A stretch of DNA of 64,000 nt from Candidatus Omnitrophota bacterium (GTDB lineage Bacteria > Omnitrophota > Gorgyraeia > JAGLLT01): positions 1,754 through 65,753 of the forward strand of contig JAGLLT010000017.1 of assembly GCA_023140385.1 (NCBI GenBank), given 5' to 3'. A program made the translations under genes and the position numbers. Under the pieces are notes generated by a model. That model was not told the origin of the DNA. It saw only the letters and a program-made list of their open reading frames with translations, and ran no database searches. Positions 37,479 to 48,851 of the stretch are shown here, piece by piece (position 1 is the stretch's first letter; each line of letters starts with the position of its first letter).

Positions 37479-38492
37479 TTAAATAGAGCGGTCGACAACC
37501 GCGCTTATTCGCTTTAAAGACTTCATTAACTCATCAAAAGTATCCGGCTTTAGAGACTGAGCTCCATCAGAAAAAGCCTCTTCCGGATTCATATGAACCT
37601 CGATAAGCAGCCCATCGCATCCGGCCGCTACTGCCGCCTTAGCCATAGGAGCGACTAAACTCCACTTGCCGGTCGCGTGCGAGGGGTCTACTACTACCGG
37701 TAAATGACTTAACTCCTTAATTACTGAAACAGCGCTCAAATCAAGAGTATTGCGAGTCGCGTTCTCAAAAGTTCTTATGCCTCTTTCACATAAAATAACA
37801 TTCAGGTTCCCCTCCGACATAATGTACTCGGCAGACATAAGCAGTTCCTTAACGGTAGCACTCATTCCGCGCTTTAGAAGTACCGGTTTTTTCGTCCGCC
37901 CCACTTCTTTTAAGAGGTCAAAGTTCTGCATATTTCTGGCGCCAATCTGAAAGGCGTCCGCGTACTTATCAATCAAAGGAACCTGCCTGGCATCCATTGT
38001 CTCCGTTACTACAGGCAAGCCGGTCTTGCGCCCAACTTCATTAAGATACTTCAAACCTTCCTCACCCAAACCCTGAAAACTGTAGGGAGACGTCCTCGGC
38101 TTAAAAGCTCCCCCTCTGAGCATCCTGGCACCGGAGGCCTTAACCTTTTTGGCCACTTCCTCCAAAGATTTCAAATTTTCAACGGAACAGGGGCCGGCAA
38201 TAACAACCACCTCTTTGCCGCCTATTTTAACGCCGCCGACATCAATGACACTTGACTCTTTCTTAAAGTCGCGTGAGGCCAGCTTATAGGGCTTTAATAT
38301 CGGCATCACCTTCTCAACGCCCTCAATCGCCTCAAGCGGCTGAAGCCTGATTTTATCCTCTTCGCCGATAACCCCGATAATTGTTCTCTCCGCGCCCTTT
38401 GAAATCACCGGTTTTAAGCCAAGATTTTTAATACGTTCTTCTACATGCCTGATCTGCTCCTCGGAAATATCCGGCTTTAATACAATTATCAC
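37479..38492 (-). CDS. aroF: 3-deoxy-7-phosphoheptulonate (DAHP) synthase, type I-beta with an N-terminal regulatory domain
   Basis: The KDO8P/DAHP-synthase core is IAGPCSVE…, [11 protein letters not shown], with a ~90-aa N-terminal extension. Confidence 0.8.
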   Translation of the reverse strand: MIIVLKPDISEEQIRHVEERIKNLGLKPVISKGAERTIIGVIGEEDKIRLQPLEAIEGVEKVMPILKPYKLASRDFKKESSVIDVGGVKIGGKEVVVIAGPCSVENLKSLEEVAKKVKASGARMLRGGAFKPRTSPYSFQGLGEEGLKYLNEVGRKTGLPVVTETMDARQVPLIDKYADAFQIGARNMQNFDLLKEVGRTKKPVLLKRGMSATVKELLMSAEYIMSEGNLNVILCERGIRTFENATRNTLDLSAVSVIKELSHLPVVVDPSHATGKWSLVAPMAKAAVAAGCDGLLIEVHMNPEEAFSDGAQSLKPDTFDELMKSLKRISAVVDRSI

Positions 38493-39589
38493 AGCTTTTC
38501 TCCTTTAACGACCTTCCTCAGCGCGTCTACAAACCTCTGATTCTCATCTTTCGTACCCACCGTGACTCTTATCCAACTGTTTAATTTATAAGAAGCCATG
38601 CTCCTAACAATGACACCCGCTTTAAGCATTTCCTGAAATACCGCGTCAGCTTCTCTCTTAACATTAAACATAATAAAATTTGTAGCGCTGGGTATATAAT
38701 CAAGGCCCATTTCATTTAACTCACTGTATATAAATATCTTACCCTCTTCATTTATTTTAAGGGTCTTCTGCAAAAACTCATCATCATCTAAAGCCGCGTA
38801 GCCCGCCGCCTGAGCCAGATAATTAACGTTAAAGGGCTGTCTGGCCTTATTAAGCGCGGTAATGAGACCCTCATTAGCCAGGCCATAACCCAGACGCAGG
38901 CCGCTCAAACCATAAGCCTTGGAAAAAGTCCTTAGAATGATAACGTTGGGCCTCTCTAAAAACCTGAGCGAATCAGGATAGCCTTCCGCGTCTCTGGCAA
39001 ACTCATAATAGGCCTCATCAAGCACAACCACGATACCCTCCGGCAGTTTGTTTAAAAAATCCTCCAGCCCTTTCTCTTTAATATAGGTACCTACCGGGTT
39101 ATTGGGATTAGCGATAAAAACCATCTTTGTCTTATCGCAAACCGCTTCTAAGATTCCTTTCAGATTGCAGTAAAAATTGTCCAAACTCACTTCGCGGGGT
39201 TTACCCGCCTCCTGCAAAACAGCCAGCTTAAAGATTAAAAAATCCGGGCTCGACATTATAGCCTGTTCGTGTTCATACAAAAAAGCTTTAACGCTAAGCT
39301 CAATTATTTCATTTGAGCCATTGCCGAAAACAATGTTGGCGGGTTTAATGTTCAGCTTCCGGGCCAGCTTATCCCTCAAATAAAAAGAGTTCCCATCCGG
39401 ATAGCGGTTAACTTCACCTAACGATTTCCTCATCGCCTCTACGGCCTTAGGGGAAACACCCAGAGGATTTTCATTTGAAGCAAGTTTCGTAATCTCCTTC
39501 AGGCCCAGTTCCCTTTGAACCTCTTCAATAGGCTTACCGGGTTTATAGGGATTGATATTTTCAATATTTTCTCTTACCAGTTTCTTCAT
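38489..39589 (-). CDS. hisC: Histidinol-phosphate aminotransferase
   Basis: LASNENPLG start motif and a [18 protein letters not shown]-lysine motif. Confidence 0.85.
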   Translation of the reverse strand: MKKLVRENIENINPYKPGKPIEEVQRELGLKEITKLASNENPLGVSPKAVEAMRKSLGEVNRYPDGNSFYLRDKLARKLNIKPANIVFGNGSNEIIELSVKAFLYEHEQAIMSSPDFLIFKLAVLQEAGKPREVSLDNFYCNLKGILEAVCDKTKMVFIANPNNPVGTYIKEKGLEDFLNKLPEGIVVVLDEAYYEFARDAEGYPDSLRFLERPNVIILRTFSKAYGLSGLRLGYGLANEGLITALNKARQPFNVNYLAQAAGYAALDDDEFLQKTLKINEEGKIFIYSELNEMGLDYIPSATNFIMFNVKREADAVFQEMLKAGVIVRSMASYKLNSWIRVTVGTKDENQRFVDALRKVVKGEKL

Positions 39590-39590
39590 C

Positions 39591-40655
39591 TTAATTGCTT
39601 TTCGGGTACGAACCGAGAATTTTAACGTAGTGGCAATGGGTGGCCAGTTCTTTAAGCGCCGTCTTTACCTTCTTATCATCATAGTGCCCTTCAATATCAA
39701 CAAAGAAATAATACTTCCAGGCCTTTTTCTTTGAGGGGCGCGATTCTATCTTGGTCAGATTTATCTTATTTTTCTTAAAAGGCGCCAGCATATTATAAAG
39801 GGCTCCCACCCTATCTTTAACAGAAAACATAATAGATGTTTTATCAGAGCCCGTATAAGAAACATCATTTTTACCTATTACCAAAAATCTGGTTACGTTA
39901 TGCGGGCTGTCTTCGATGGAGGCGGCTATAATTTTTAAGCCGTACATCTCAGCCGCCAGCCTTGAAGCAATTGCCGCGGAATATTTACTTCGCCTCGCCT
40001 TTTGGGCCGCTTTTGTCGTAGAGGTCATATCCACCAATACGGCCCGGGGAATATTTTTTTCTATCCATAAGCGGCACTGACTAAAAACCTGCGGATTAGA
40101 ATAAACCTTTTTTATCATACTTTTAGGGCTGTTAGATATCAGGTTATGACAAATTTCAAACATAATCTCAGAACAAATCTTCAGGTCCGCGTCTACAAAC
40201 ATATCCAGCGTATAGGTAACCGCGCCTTCAGTAGAGTTCTCGATGGGCACCACGCCGTAATCAGCCCTGCTTTTTTCCACTTCACGAAAAACGTCGGGAA
40301 TATTATCGCAGGAAAGATATTTAACCGATGAGCCAAACTTACTTAAAGAAGCCAGGTGAGTAAAGGAAGCCGGAGGCCCCAAATAAGCTACCCTGACAGC
40401 CTTCTCCAAAGCAATAGAGGCAGACATTATTTCACGATAAATCGCGCAAAGAGACTTCTCAGTCATAGGGCCCGTATTTTTTTTTATCAGATTACGATAG
40501 ACCTCTTTTTCCCTGGCAGGAGCATATATCTCCTTCTTGCCGTATGATTTAATCTTGCCGATTTCAAGGCTAAGCCCGGCTCTATCATTCAGCTTTTTTA
40601 AGAGTATGCTATCTATCTCGTCAATCTTCCCGCGCAGTTCCTTGAGCTCCATCAT
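39591..40655 (-). CDS. pheA: Bifunctional chorismate mutase / prephenate dehydratase (P-protein) with an ACT domain
   Basis: The N-terminal CM helix is LRGKIDEIDSILLKKLNDR. The PDT domain (YLGPPASFTH, TRF) and a C-terminal ACT follow. Confidence 0.85.
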   Translation of the reverse strand: MMELKELRGKIDEIDSILLKKLNDRAGLSLEIGKIKSYGKKEIYAPAREKEVYRNLIKKNTGPMTEKSLCAIYREIMSASIALEKAVRVAYLGPPASFTHLASLSKFGSSVKYLSCDNIPDVFREVEKSRADYGVVPIENSTEGAVTYTLDMFVDADLKICSEIMFEICHNLISNSPKSMIKKVYSNPQVFSQCRLWIEKNIPRAVLVDMTSTTKAAQKARRSKYSAAIASRLAAEMYGLKIIAASIEDSPHNVTRFLVIGKNDVSYTGSDKTSIMFSVKDRVGALYNMLAPFKKNKINLTKIESRPSKKKAWKYYFFVDIEGHYDDKKVKTALKELATHCHYVKILGSYPKSN

Positions 40656-41271
40656 TACTCTCCTTTACATCAACTTGTTGGATCTCTTTATCTTCAGCCT
40701 GTTTTAAGGGGGCTTCAGTGTCCCGATTTTCTTCTATAACTTCATCAGCCGTCTGCCTAAAATGCTCTATGCTTGGCAAATCCTCAAGAGACTTAAGCCC
40801 AAAGTACTTCAAAAACAAACTGCTCGTCCCATAAAGAAAGGGACGGCCCACTACTTCTTTTCTGCCCTTAATTTTAATCAGCCCTTTTTCCAAAAGGCTC
40901 CGCATAACGCCGTCTACGTTAACGCCCCGTATCTCTTCTATATCAAGCCTGGTAACAGGCTGTTTATAAGCTATAATGGCCATAGTCTCAAGAGCCGGCT
41001 TTGAAAGACGCTCTACGTGTTTATTTTTATATAGCTTTCTTATATATTTTGCGTACTCCGTCCTGGTTCCTATCTGATAACCTCCGGCAACCTCATTTAT
41101 CCCAAAACTCCTGCCGGTTTCCCTGTACTCATTTTTGAGTTCATCTATCCGCTCTCTAACGGCCTTTGGCTCCTCAGTCTCCAGAACCAGCCTTATTTGC
41201 TCCAGAGACAGAGGCTCCTCACTCGCTATAAGCATGGCTTCAATTATTCTCTTTACCTCAACTCTCTCCAT
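40621..41271 (-). CDS. scpB: Segregation and condensation protein B
   Basis: IEAMLIASEEPLSLEQI…AIIAYKQPVTRLDIEEIRGV is the ScpB tandem-WH signature. Confidence 0.85.
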   Translation of the reverse strand: MERVEVKRIIEAMLIASEEPLSLEQIRLVLETEEPKAVRERIDELKNEYRETGRSFGINEVAGGYQIGTRTEYAKYIRKLYKNKHVERLSKPALETMAIIAYKQPVTRLDIEEIRGVNVDGVMRSLLEKGLIKIKGRKEVVGRPFLYGTSSLFLKYFGLKSLEDLPSIEHFRQTADEVIEENRDTEAPLKQAEDKEIQQVDVKESNDGAQGTARED

Positions 41272-41273
41272 TT

Positions 41274-42026
41274 TTATCCGTAAGTACTCCTTACCTTTGG
41301 TTGAATCTGTTCGCTGTTTCTTCTTATCTGAATTTGCCCAAAGGGCCGGCGCTGAAAGACGATAATCTCTTTCAACCTTATCAGTTCAAGTATGGCCAGA
41401 AAGGTAGCTATAATTTCAAGCTTGTTTTTCGCCTTTTCAAAAAGGTTGTCAACAAATATTGTCTCTTCCGCCGTCAATTTATGAAGAAGTTCGTGTATTT
41501 TTTCAGAAACCGTAAATTCGTCCTTAATAACCTCCTGAAACTTCTCCCTGGAAACCCTCGTTAACACGGTTGAGAAGGCTGAGATTAAATCAAAAACAGT
41601 AGCTTCAAAATAAACCTCCCCGCTGTTATCCCGAAATTTTTTCGCGTCCTGCGGGGCCCGGACAAAAATGTCCTTTTGCCTCACTTCCCTCAGTTCAAGA
41701 TGGCTTGCCGCCTCTTTAAACTGCTGATACTCCAGCAGTTTCTTGACAAGCTCAGCCCTTGGATCATCTTCTTCAATATCCTCTTCCGCAGCCTCCTCGG
41801 CGGGAAGAAGCATCTTTGATTTAATATGCATCAGGGTAGCCGCCATAACAAGATACTCACCGGCTATGTTCAAATCCATATGGCGCATTAAATCGAGGTA
41901 CTCTAAATACTGCTTTGTTATTTCAGCAATGGGGATGTTAGATATATCCAGTTCACTTTTTTTTATCAAAAAAAGAAGTAGATCAAGCGGGCCTTCAAAA
42001 ATTTCTAATTTTATCTTGTAGGACAT
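41274..42026 (-). CDS. scpA: Segregation and condensation protein A
   Basis: LEIFEGPLDLLLFLIKKSELDISNIPIAEIT is a canonical ScpA N-terminus. Confidence 0.85.
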   Translation of the reverse strand: MSYKIKLEIFEGPLDLLLFLIKKSELDISNIPIAEITKQYLEYLDLMRHMDLNIAGEYLVMAATLMHIKSKMLLPAEEAAEEDIEEDDPRAELVKKLLEYQQFKEAASHLELREVRQKDIFVRAPQDAKKFRDNSGEVYFEATVFDLISAFSTVLTRVSREKFQEVIKDEFTVSEKIHELLHKLTAEETIFVDNLFEKAKNKLEIIATFLAILELIRLKEIIVFQRRPFGQIQIRRNSEQIQPKVRSTYG

Positions 42027-42032
42027 TGCTTT

Positions 42033-43040
42033 CTAACCCGAAAAGTAATTTATTTTCATAGCCGCTCTTACACTTTTTATCGTATCCACTGCGATCCCGC
42101 GCGCCTTTTTAGTTCCTTCTATTAAAATATCATCGATTTTTTTAGGGTGGGCTTCAAGTTTTTTTCTCTTTTCCCTAATAGGCCCCAAGAACTCATTTAA
42201 GCCTCCTGACAACCTTTTTTTGCATTCCACACAGCCAAGTCTACCGGCGAGACAATCCTTTTTAATCTGAGGCACCTCCGCCTCGTTCTTATTAAAGCCC
42301 CTGTGATATATATAAACCGGGCATTTGTCAGGATGGCCTTTGTCATTAAGACGAATCTTTGTTGGATCGGTAAACATACCCGAAACCCTACAGGAAATCT
42401 CATCCGGCCCATCAGACAAATAAATCACGTTGCCCAAACTTTTACTCATCTTATTCAGGCCATCAGTCCCCACAAGGCGCCCAACTACCCCCACTTGAGC
42501 CTTAGGTTCAATTAATACTTCCTGATACATCCTGTTAAATTTTCTGACAATCTCCCTGGTTTGCTCAATTATCGGCAGTTGATCTTCGCCCACAGGTACC
42601 AGGTTGGCCTTAAATATAGTAATGTCGGCCGCCTGTGAAACCGGATAACCCAGAAAACCATACATTACGTTGTCGCTAAGCCCTAAAGCCTTTATCTCCT
42701 GCTTTATCGTGGGATTGCGCTGGAGACTGGCAATACTCGTAAACATAGAAAAATAAATAGTGAGTTCAGTTATCTCAGGAATCATAGACTGGAGAAATAT
42801 GGTAGAAATTTCCGGATCAACTCCGCAGGCAATATTATCCATAGTTACCTCTCTGATATCCTGAGCCAGCCTCTCGGGATGGTCAAAGTTGGTAGTTAAA
42901 GCCTGTACATCGGCAATAAGAATATACTCTTCATAGGTTTCCTGCAACTCTACTCTGTTAGCAATTGAGCCCACATAATGGCCTAAATGAAGTTTGCCGG
43001 TCGGCCTGTCGCCTGTTAAAATCCTCTCTTTCTTTTTCAT
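42033..43040 (-). CDS. trpS: Tryptophan--tRNA ligase
   Basis: TGKLHLGHY (HIGH) and KMSKS motifs. Confidence 0.9.
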   Translation of the reverse strand: MKKKERILTGDRPTGKLHLGHYVGSIANRVELQETYEEYILIADVQALTTNFDHPERLAQDIREVTMDNIACGVDPEISTIFLQSMIPEITELTIYFSMFTSIASLQRNPTIKQEIKALGLSDNVMYGFLGYPVSQAADITIFKANLVPVGEDQLPIIEQTREIVRKFNRMYQEVLIEPKAQVGVVGRLVGTDGLNKMSKSLGNVIYLSDGPDEISCRVSGMFTDPTKIRLNDKGHPDKCPVYIYHRGFNKNEAEVPQIKKDCLAGRLGCVECKKRLSGGLNEFLGPIREKRKKLEAHPKKIDDILIEGTKKARGIAVDTIKSVRAAMKINYFSG

Positions 43041-43046
43041 AAACGC

Positions 43047-45005
43047 CTATAACGTTTTTTTAATCTTTTCCAACTTGAAGACCTCTATTAAATCTCCGGC
43101 CTTAATATTATTAAAGTTTCTAAAACCAATACCGCACTCAAACCCTTCCTTAACCTCTTTTACGTCGTTCTTAAACCTTTTTAATGAGTCAACCGTACCT
43201 GTAAAAATATTTTCATCCTCCCTGATAATCTTTGACTCCATACCTCTGACAATAGCCCCCTTAACAACCATACAGCCGGCTATTGTGCCCACCTTTGACA
43301 CCTTAAAGACCTGCCGTACTTCGGCGCGGCCTTCCAGCGATCTTTTTATGTGGGGCTCTAAAAGGCCTTCCATGGCCGACCTTATGTCCGATATCGCCTC
43401 ATAGATAACGCTGTAAAGCTTAATTTCCACACCTTTGCTTTTGGCTGTTTCGCTTGCCTTAACATCCTTACCAACACCAAAGCCTATAATTACCGCTCCC
43501 GAAACAACCGCCAACATTACGTCCGACTCATTTATATTTCCAACACCCTTATGAACAAGATTCAACTCCACCTCTTCACTCTCTATCTTATTTAGTGAAG
43601 CGCATAAAGCCTCCAACGAACCCTGCACATCTGTTTTTATAATAACATTTAAAATCTTTATTTTTCCTTTTTGTATTTCCTTAGATAAGTCTTCCAGGGT
43701 TAAAGCCCTGGCTTGCGGCATAAGATCTTTTTCTCTTTTTTTGTGGCGTCTTTTCTCAACTATACTTCTCGCCTTTTTTTCTTCGTCAACCACATAAAAA
43801 GTGTCTCCCGCCTCGGGCACTCCGGAAAAACCCAATATTTCTACGGGGGCGGACGGGCCAGCCTTATTTATCCTTTTGCCATGATCGTTAATCATAGCCT
43901 TAACCCTCGCGTAATGAAGGCCCGTAACAACAATATCCTGTAGTTTAAGCGTCCCGCTTTGAACTAAAGCTGTAGCTACCACGCCGCTGCCTTTACAAAT
44001 CTTTGCCTCTACAATAGTGCCGCTGGCGTACGTGTCCGGGTCAGCCTTTAATTCCAGAATTTCAGCCTGCAGCAGCACCATCTCCAATAAATGCTCTATC
44101 CCTTCGCCTGTTTTTGCTGATACACAGACGCAAATAATCTCCCCGCCCCACTCTTCAGGTGTCAGATTTAACTCCTGAAGCTGATTTTTAACTTTATCCA
44201 CATTTATATTGGGCTTATCTACCTTATTAATAGCAACAATTATCGGCACCTTTGCCGCCTTAGCGTGATCAATTGCCTCAATGGTTTGCGGCATTACGCC
44301 GTCATCAGCGGCCACCACTAAAACAACAATATCGGTGACGTGCGCGCCGCGGGCGCGCATAGCGGTGAAGGCTTCGTGGCCGGGTGTATCCAGAAAGGTT
44401 ATATCATGTCCGCTAAAGTCAACTTCATAAGCACCGATATGCTGGGTTATGCCTCCGGCCTCCCCATCAACTACGTTGGCCTTTCGTATGGCGTCAAGAA
44501 GCAGCGTCTTGCCGTGGTCTACATGGCCCATCATAGTAACTACAGGAGCCCGGTGGACACGTTTTTTGCTGTTTTCTTTTACCTCATGTAATTGAATAAG
44601 TTCCTGCTCATCGCTGAGTTTTTCTTTTAACTCCACTTTATAAGGCTCTGCTATTTTTTCACAAACATCCTTATCAATCGTTTGATTAATATTAGCAAAT
44701 ATATTTAACTTTATCAACTTCCCGATTAATTCATTGGGTTTTATTTGAAGCTTAATGGCAAGATTTTTAACCGTCAGCGGATAAATAACCTCAATCTCCT
44801 TAAAATCCTTTCTCTTTATTTTCTCAACTTCTTTTCTTTTCTTCTTAGAAGCCTCCTCGAGTTCATGCCGGAGTATTTCAGCGGTCTCATCATCAATAAC
44901 ACTCATATGCCCCTTAACGCTTACGCTAAGCTCTCTTAGCTTAACAATGAGCTCTTTACTTGAAAAACCCAGTTCCTTGGCTAATTTATGGACTCTTACG
45001 CTCAT
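43047..45005 (-). CDS. infB: Translation initiation factor IF-2
   Basis: G-domain is [26 protein letters not shown], with a C-terminal IF2 beta-barrel. Confidence 0.9.
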   Translation of the reverse strand: MSVRVHKLAKELGFSSKELIVKLRELSVSVKGHMSVIDDETAEILRHELEEASKKKRKEVEKIKRKDFKEIEVIYPLTVKNLAIKLQIKPNELIGKLIKLNIFANINQTIDKDVCEKIAEPYKVELKEKLSDEQELIQLHEVKENSKKRVHRAPVVTMMGHVDHGKTLLLDAIRKANVVDGEAGGITQHIGAYEVDFSGHDITFLDTPGHEAFTAMRARGAHVTDIVVLVVAADDGVMPQTIEAIDHAKAAKVPIIVAINKVDKPNINVDKVKNQLQELNLTPEEWGGEIICVCVSAKTGEGIEHLLEMVLLQAEILELKADPDTYASGTIVEAKICKGSGVVATALVQSGTLKLQDIVVTGLHYARVKAMINDHGKRINKAGPSAPVEILGFSGVPEAGDTFYVVDEEKKARSIVEKRRHKKREKDLMPQARALTLEDLSKEIQKGKIKILNVIIKTDVQGSLEALCASLNKIESEEVELNLVHKGVGNINESDVMLAVVSGAVIIGFGVGKDVKASETAKSKGVEIKLYSVIYEAISDIRSAMEGLLEPHIKRSLEGRAEVRQVFKVSKVGTIAGCMVVKGAIVRGMESKIIREDENIFTGTVDSLKRFKNDVKEVKEGFECGIGFRNFNNIKAGDLIEVFKLEKIKKTL

Positions 45006-46157
45006 TTAATCTCCTACCGGTTTTTTAGCACCTTTTATGATTTTTTCCGCCGTTTTTTGGCCTATACCCGGAATTTTAGTTAAATCCTCTACGCCGGCTT
45101 TGGCAAGCATCTCTCTCGATTTCATACCCGCCTCAATCAAAAGAGCGGCCGTTTTCGTGCCTATACCCTTAATCTTATCGATTGCACCGGCCTCCTCTTT
45201 GTCAGCCGCCGCCTTCGATACCTCGCTGGCGCTCTTTATATTTATGCTTACCCCTGTCAACTTTGAGGCTAATCTGACATTTTGGCCCCGCTTACCGATA
45301 GCCAGTGATAACTGGTCGTCATTCACCAAAACCATGGCATTCCTGTTTTCCTCATCCATCTGTATTTCCATAATTTCAGCCGGTGACATCGCGTTTTTAA
45401 TATACTCCTTAATTTGACTGCTGTATTTAACAATATCAACCTTCTCACCTTCAAGCTCGGCGACAACACTCTTAACGCGTGAACCCCGCACTCCGACGCA
45501 GGCACCCTGACTGTCCACCCTGTCATCATGAGAGTAAACGGCCAGCTTAGTCCTCTCGCCGGCTTCTCTGGCAATTGATTTAATCTCCACGATATGTTCA
45601 TAGATCTCCGGCACCTCCAGCTCAAAGAGCTGCCTGACAAACTCAGGGCTTGTCCTTGAAAGTATTATGCGCGGGCCTTTACTCGACTGCTCCACAGCCT
45701 CAACGTAAGCCCTTATCCTCTGACCCTGACTATAATTCTCCTTTGAGACCTGAAACTTTCTTAAGATAATCCCCTCTGCCTTGCCTAAGTTCACAATAAT
45801 TCCCTGGCGATCAAAACGGTAGATGGTCCCGCTTACAATTACGCCAATTTTATCCTTAAAGTCATTATATATGACGGTTCGCTCCGCTTCGCGTATCTTC
45901 TGGATGATAACCTGCTTGGCGGTTTGGGCGGCTATACGCCCAAACTCAGCTGATTCAATCTCCTTGCCTTCAGCGCAAATCTTAATCTCGCCCGTTTCCG
46001 GATCAAATTTAACAGACACATCCCCTTCTCTGCCGGGGATAGTCTTTTTAGCGGCAGACAAAAGAGCTGATTCTAAAGCCTCAATCAAGACATTTCTTTC
46101 TATGCCCTTTTCTCTTTCAATATTTTCTAATATTCCCAGCAACTCACTTTTCATCAT
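45006..46157 (-). CDS. nusA: Transcription termination/antitermination factor NusA
   Basis: N-terminal NusA domain, an S1 and 2xKH (GKRGQNVRLA). Located upstream of infB. Confidence 0.9.
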   Translation of the reverse strand: MMKSELLGILENIEREKGIERNVLIEALESALLSAAKKTIPGREGDVSVKFDPETGEIKICAEGKEIESAEFGRIAAQTAKQVIIQKIREAERTVIYNDFKDKIGVIVSGTIYRFDRQGIIVNLGKAEGIILRKFQVSKENYSQGQRIRAYVEAVEQSSKGPRIILSRTSPEFVRQLFELEVPEIYEHIVEIKSIAREAGERTKLAVYSHDDRVDSQGACVGVRGSRVKSVVAELEGEKVDIVKYSSQIKEYIKNAMSPAEIMEIQMDEENRNAMVLVNDDQLSLAIGKRGQNVRLASKLTGVSINIKSASEVSKAAADKEEAGAIDKIKGIGTKTAALLIEAGMKSREMLAKAGVEDLTKIPGIGQKTAEKIIKGAKKPVGD

Positions 46158-46630
46158 TGCTTCCTTTTCATATCAAGTTTAATCACTGCCTTCTTTATCC
46201 GGCTTAAACTTAACTCTTTTCTCTCGCCGGCTATATCCAGCAGAATATTATCACCTTCAATTTCTACGATTTTGCCGCATGTCTCTTCAATTGTCGTGCC
46301 GCAAGCCGCATAGGTTACCTCAACAACCTCACCTCTTACCCTCTCAAAGTCCCTTTTTGTAACCAGCGGCCTGTCAAGGCCGGGAGACGCGGCCTCCAGG
46401 ACAAAGCGGCCGGGGACTATCTCGCTCTCTTCTAAGACTTCTCCCATCCGCCTGTTAAATTCAGCGCACTCCTCAAGGGTTATTCCGCCAGGCTTATCAA
46501 GCAAAAAAAGGACAACCAGGCCTTTTTGTTTGCGGGAGCCCAACTCTATCTCAACCAGCTCTAAACCCCTTGCCTTCAATAAGCCGGAGGCGGCATTCTT
46601 TAACTTTTCCTTAAGCTCTTCTTTGTTCAT
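46154..46630 (-). CDS. rimP: Ribosome maturation factor RimP
   Basis: The start was chosen at ATG 46630 (MNKEELKEKLKNAASGLLKARGLELVEIEL…), the typical RimP N-terminus. The longer ORF to 46723 adds a non-conserved leader. Confidence 0.7.
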   Translation of the reverse strand: MNKEELKEKLKNAASGLLKARGLELVEIELGSRKQKGLVVLFLLDKPGGITLEECAEFNRRMGEVLEESEIVPGRFVLEAASPGLDRPLVTKRDFERVRGEVVEVTYAACGTTIEETCGKIVEIEGDNILLDIAGERKELSLSRIKKAVIKLDMKRKQ

Positions 46631-46757
46631 TTTTTCATTCAATAAAAAAAGTGGGGTAAACCCACTTCCATTAAAAACATTAAACTTGTTTAAAATTATA
46701 CTAAAAGGCCGTCTTGTTGTCAAGGATTTTTTGGCGCCGTAAACGTAAAAATACGCA

Positions 46758-46800
46758 AATAATAAGCGGCTACCTTTTATAAAGATAACCGCTTATTTCA
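46758..46800 (-). terminator. Putative rho-independent terminator downstream of the OMP gene
   Basis: On the minus strand aataagcgg-(20 nt)-ccgcttatt is followed by atttgcgtattttt. Confidence 0.35.
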
Positions 46801-46834
46801 TAACTTTTATATGTCTTTTAAGCTTAACTCCCCA

Positions 46835-47440
46835 TCAAAAACGGCACTTAAGCCCGCCGCCAAGCATCCACATATCACCATCTAGATCAACTTGAGCATG
46901 CGTACCAAAAGCATCTACGTGGCCGGTTGTATCGCTCCACATAAAACTACCTTCTAAATTTAGAGCTACATTCTCTGTAAAGTAGTAGTCGAGGCCAGCG
47001 CCCAGTTTAAGGGCAAACTCACTATCCATATCAACTGAAATACCGGCATTTGTTAAAGCTGAGCTCTCATCATAGTCCCAGAAACAAACACCCAGCCCCA
47101 AAATGCCGTAAGGAACTACCGCGCATTCATCCAATTCAATCGGATTCTTAACAATTAGAGTCGCTAAAAGAGGCACTACGCTAACATCTCCGTAATCCAC
47201 CCCGTCATACTCCTCATTCCAACCGGCATAACCGCATTCACCGCCTATAGCAATGTATCGGGTCAGGTCATAAGCAATGTTTCCTCCGACATAGCAGGTA
47301 CTGTCAGCGGCACTTTCTTCAGGGTCAACATAAGAAACATTCACTCCCAGCGTCCACTTTTGCGCCTCATCATAAGCAAAAGCAAGACTGCTGGTCATTA
47401 TAAAAGCAACTAACAAAATTAAGCATACAAACTTTTTCAT
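46835..47440 (-). CDS. Outer-membrane beta-barrel protein (OmpW/OmpA-beta-barrel-like)
   Basis: Signal peptide, alternating amphipathic strands, and a C-terminal …GGGLKCRF aromatic. Confidence 0.6.
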   Translation of the reverse strand: MKKFVCLILLVAFIMTSSLAFAYDEAQKWTLGVNVSYVDPEESAADSTCYVGGNIAYDLTRYIAIGGECGYAGWNEEYDGVDYGDVSVVPLLATLIVKNPIELDECAVVPYGILGLGVCFWDYDESSALTNAGISVDMDSEFALKLGAGLDYYFTENVALNLEGSFMWSDTTGHVDAFGTHAQVDLDGDMWMLGGGLKCRF

Positions 47441-47625
47441 CTTTAACTCCTTATTTCATGTTTAATACTTTTCACTATCCGTTAACTTATTATCTCCCCA
47501 CATCACCTCTCTTTCTTTTTCTTAGTAATTAAGAAAGCGTTACAGTTAAGTTGTTATATAAATATTTGAAAAAGTGATTGTATCATACAAAGAGACAAAT
47601 ATCAAGCACGTTTTTTTAGCTCTTA

Positions 47626-48843
47626 TTAACTTATCAATTCAGCTATATTAAATACCGGTAAGTAAAGAGCTATCACAATCCCTCCGATAATAACTCCTAA
47701 AACAACAATTATTACCGGTTCAATCAGAGAGGTTAAGCCATCTACGATAGCCGTAACTTCAGCATCATAAAAATCAGAAACCTTGAGCAGCATCTCTTCA
47801 AGGGAACCTGTTTGCTCACCGACAGCTACCATTTTAACGACCAGAGGTGGAAATATGCCGCTGCTTGCCAGAGGTTGGGCTATGCTCTCGCCCCCCCTAA
47901 CATTTTCCAGAACCTTGAAAACTACTTTTTCAATTACTTTATTGCCGCTTGTTTTGGCAACAATATCCAGGGAGGTCAAAATAGAAACGCCGCTTTTTGT
48001 CAGAGTGCTTAATGTCCTTGAAAATCTGGAAATGGAAACCTTCCTTATTAGTTTACCAGCTATAGGGAGCCTTAAGAGCATCCCATCAATGAAAAGCCCG
48101 CCGGGTTCTGTCTTGGAAAACATAAAAATCCCCGCGATTACAGCCGCGATTCCAAGTACAAACGCGAGAAGCCATTTAGTCACCAAATTGCTTAACAACA
48201 ACAAAAACTGTGTCGGCCCGGGCAAGTTCGCGCCAAAGCCGGAGTATATTTCCGCGAAAGACGGAACCACCTGAACCAGCATAAATACCGTAATACCCGC
48301 CGCCGTAAGCGTAATAACAACAGGATATACTAAGGCAGCCTTAACCTTCTTCTGCAGTTTACTTGTCTCTTCCAGATAAGAAGCCATACGTTGTAAAATA
48401 TCATCCAGCATACCTGAGGCCTCACCGGCTGAAATCATGTTAACGAAAAGCGTTGAGAAGGCTCTGGGATACCTGGATAGAGCTTCCGATAGGCTGCTGC
48501 CGCCCTCAACTGCTTCTTTCACTTTACTAATCAAAGATTTAAACGGCCTTTTTTCTGACTGTTCAACAAGTATCTCAAGGCCCTGAATTAAAGGAAGGCC
48601 GGCACTTACCATAGTAGCCAACTGCCTCGAAAAAACAGCCAGGTCATCCGTTTTTATTTTGATTGAGGAAGATGGCGGGTTAAAGCTGAAAGCAAAGGGG
48701 GATTTTTTATTTTTACTTATGGAAAGGATGAAGCACTTTCTCTCTTTTAAGATATTTACAGCAGCTTCCTCGGTGGGAGCGCTCAAGATACTGGTTGACA
48801 CCGTTCCATTTTTCTTTTTAATGGTGTATTTAAATTCGGGCAT
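47626..48843 (-). CDS. pilC: Type II secretion / type IV pilus platform protein (GspF/PilC family)
   Basis: Two T2SSF repeats and 3 TM segments over 405 aa. Last gene of the operon. Confidence 0.85.
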   Translation of the reverse strand: MPEFKYTIKKKNGTVSTSILSAPTEEAAVNILKERKCFILSISKNKKSPFAFSFNPPSSSIKIKTDDLAVFSRQLATMVSAGLPLIQGLEILVEQSEKRPFKSLISKVKEAVEGGSSLSEALSRYPRAFSTLFVNMISAGEASGMLDDILQRMASYLEETSKLQKKVKAALVYPVVITLTAAGITVFMLVQVVPSFAEIYSGFGANLPGPTQFLLLLSNLVTKWLLAFVLGIAAVIAGIFMFSKTEPGGLFIDGMLLRLPIAGKLIRKVSISRFSRTLSTLTKSGVSILTSLDIVAKTSGNKVIEKVVFKVLENVRGGESIAQPLASSGIFPPLVVKMVAVGEQTGSLEEMLLKVSDFYDAEVTAIVDGLTSLIEPVIIVVLGVIIGGIVIALYLPVFNIAELIS

Positions 48844-48851
48844 AGGTTATT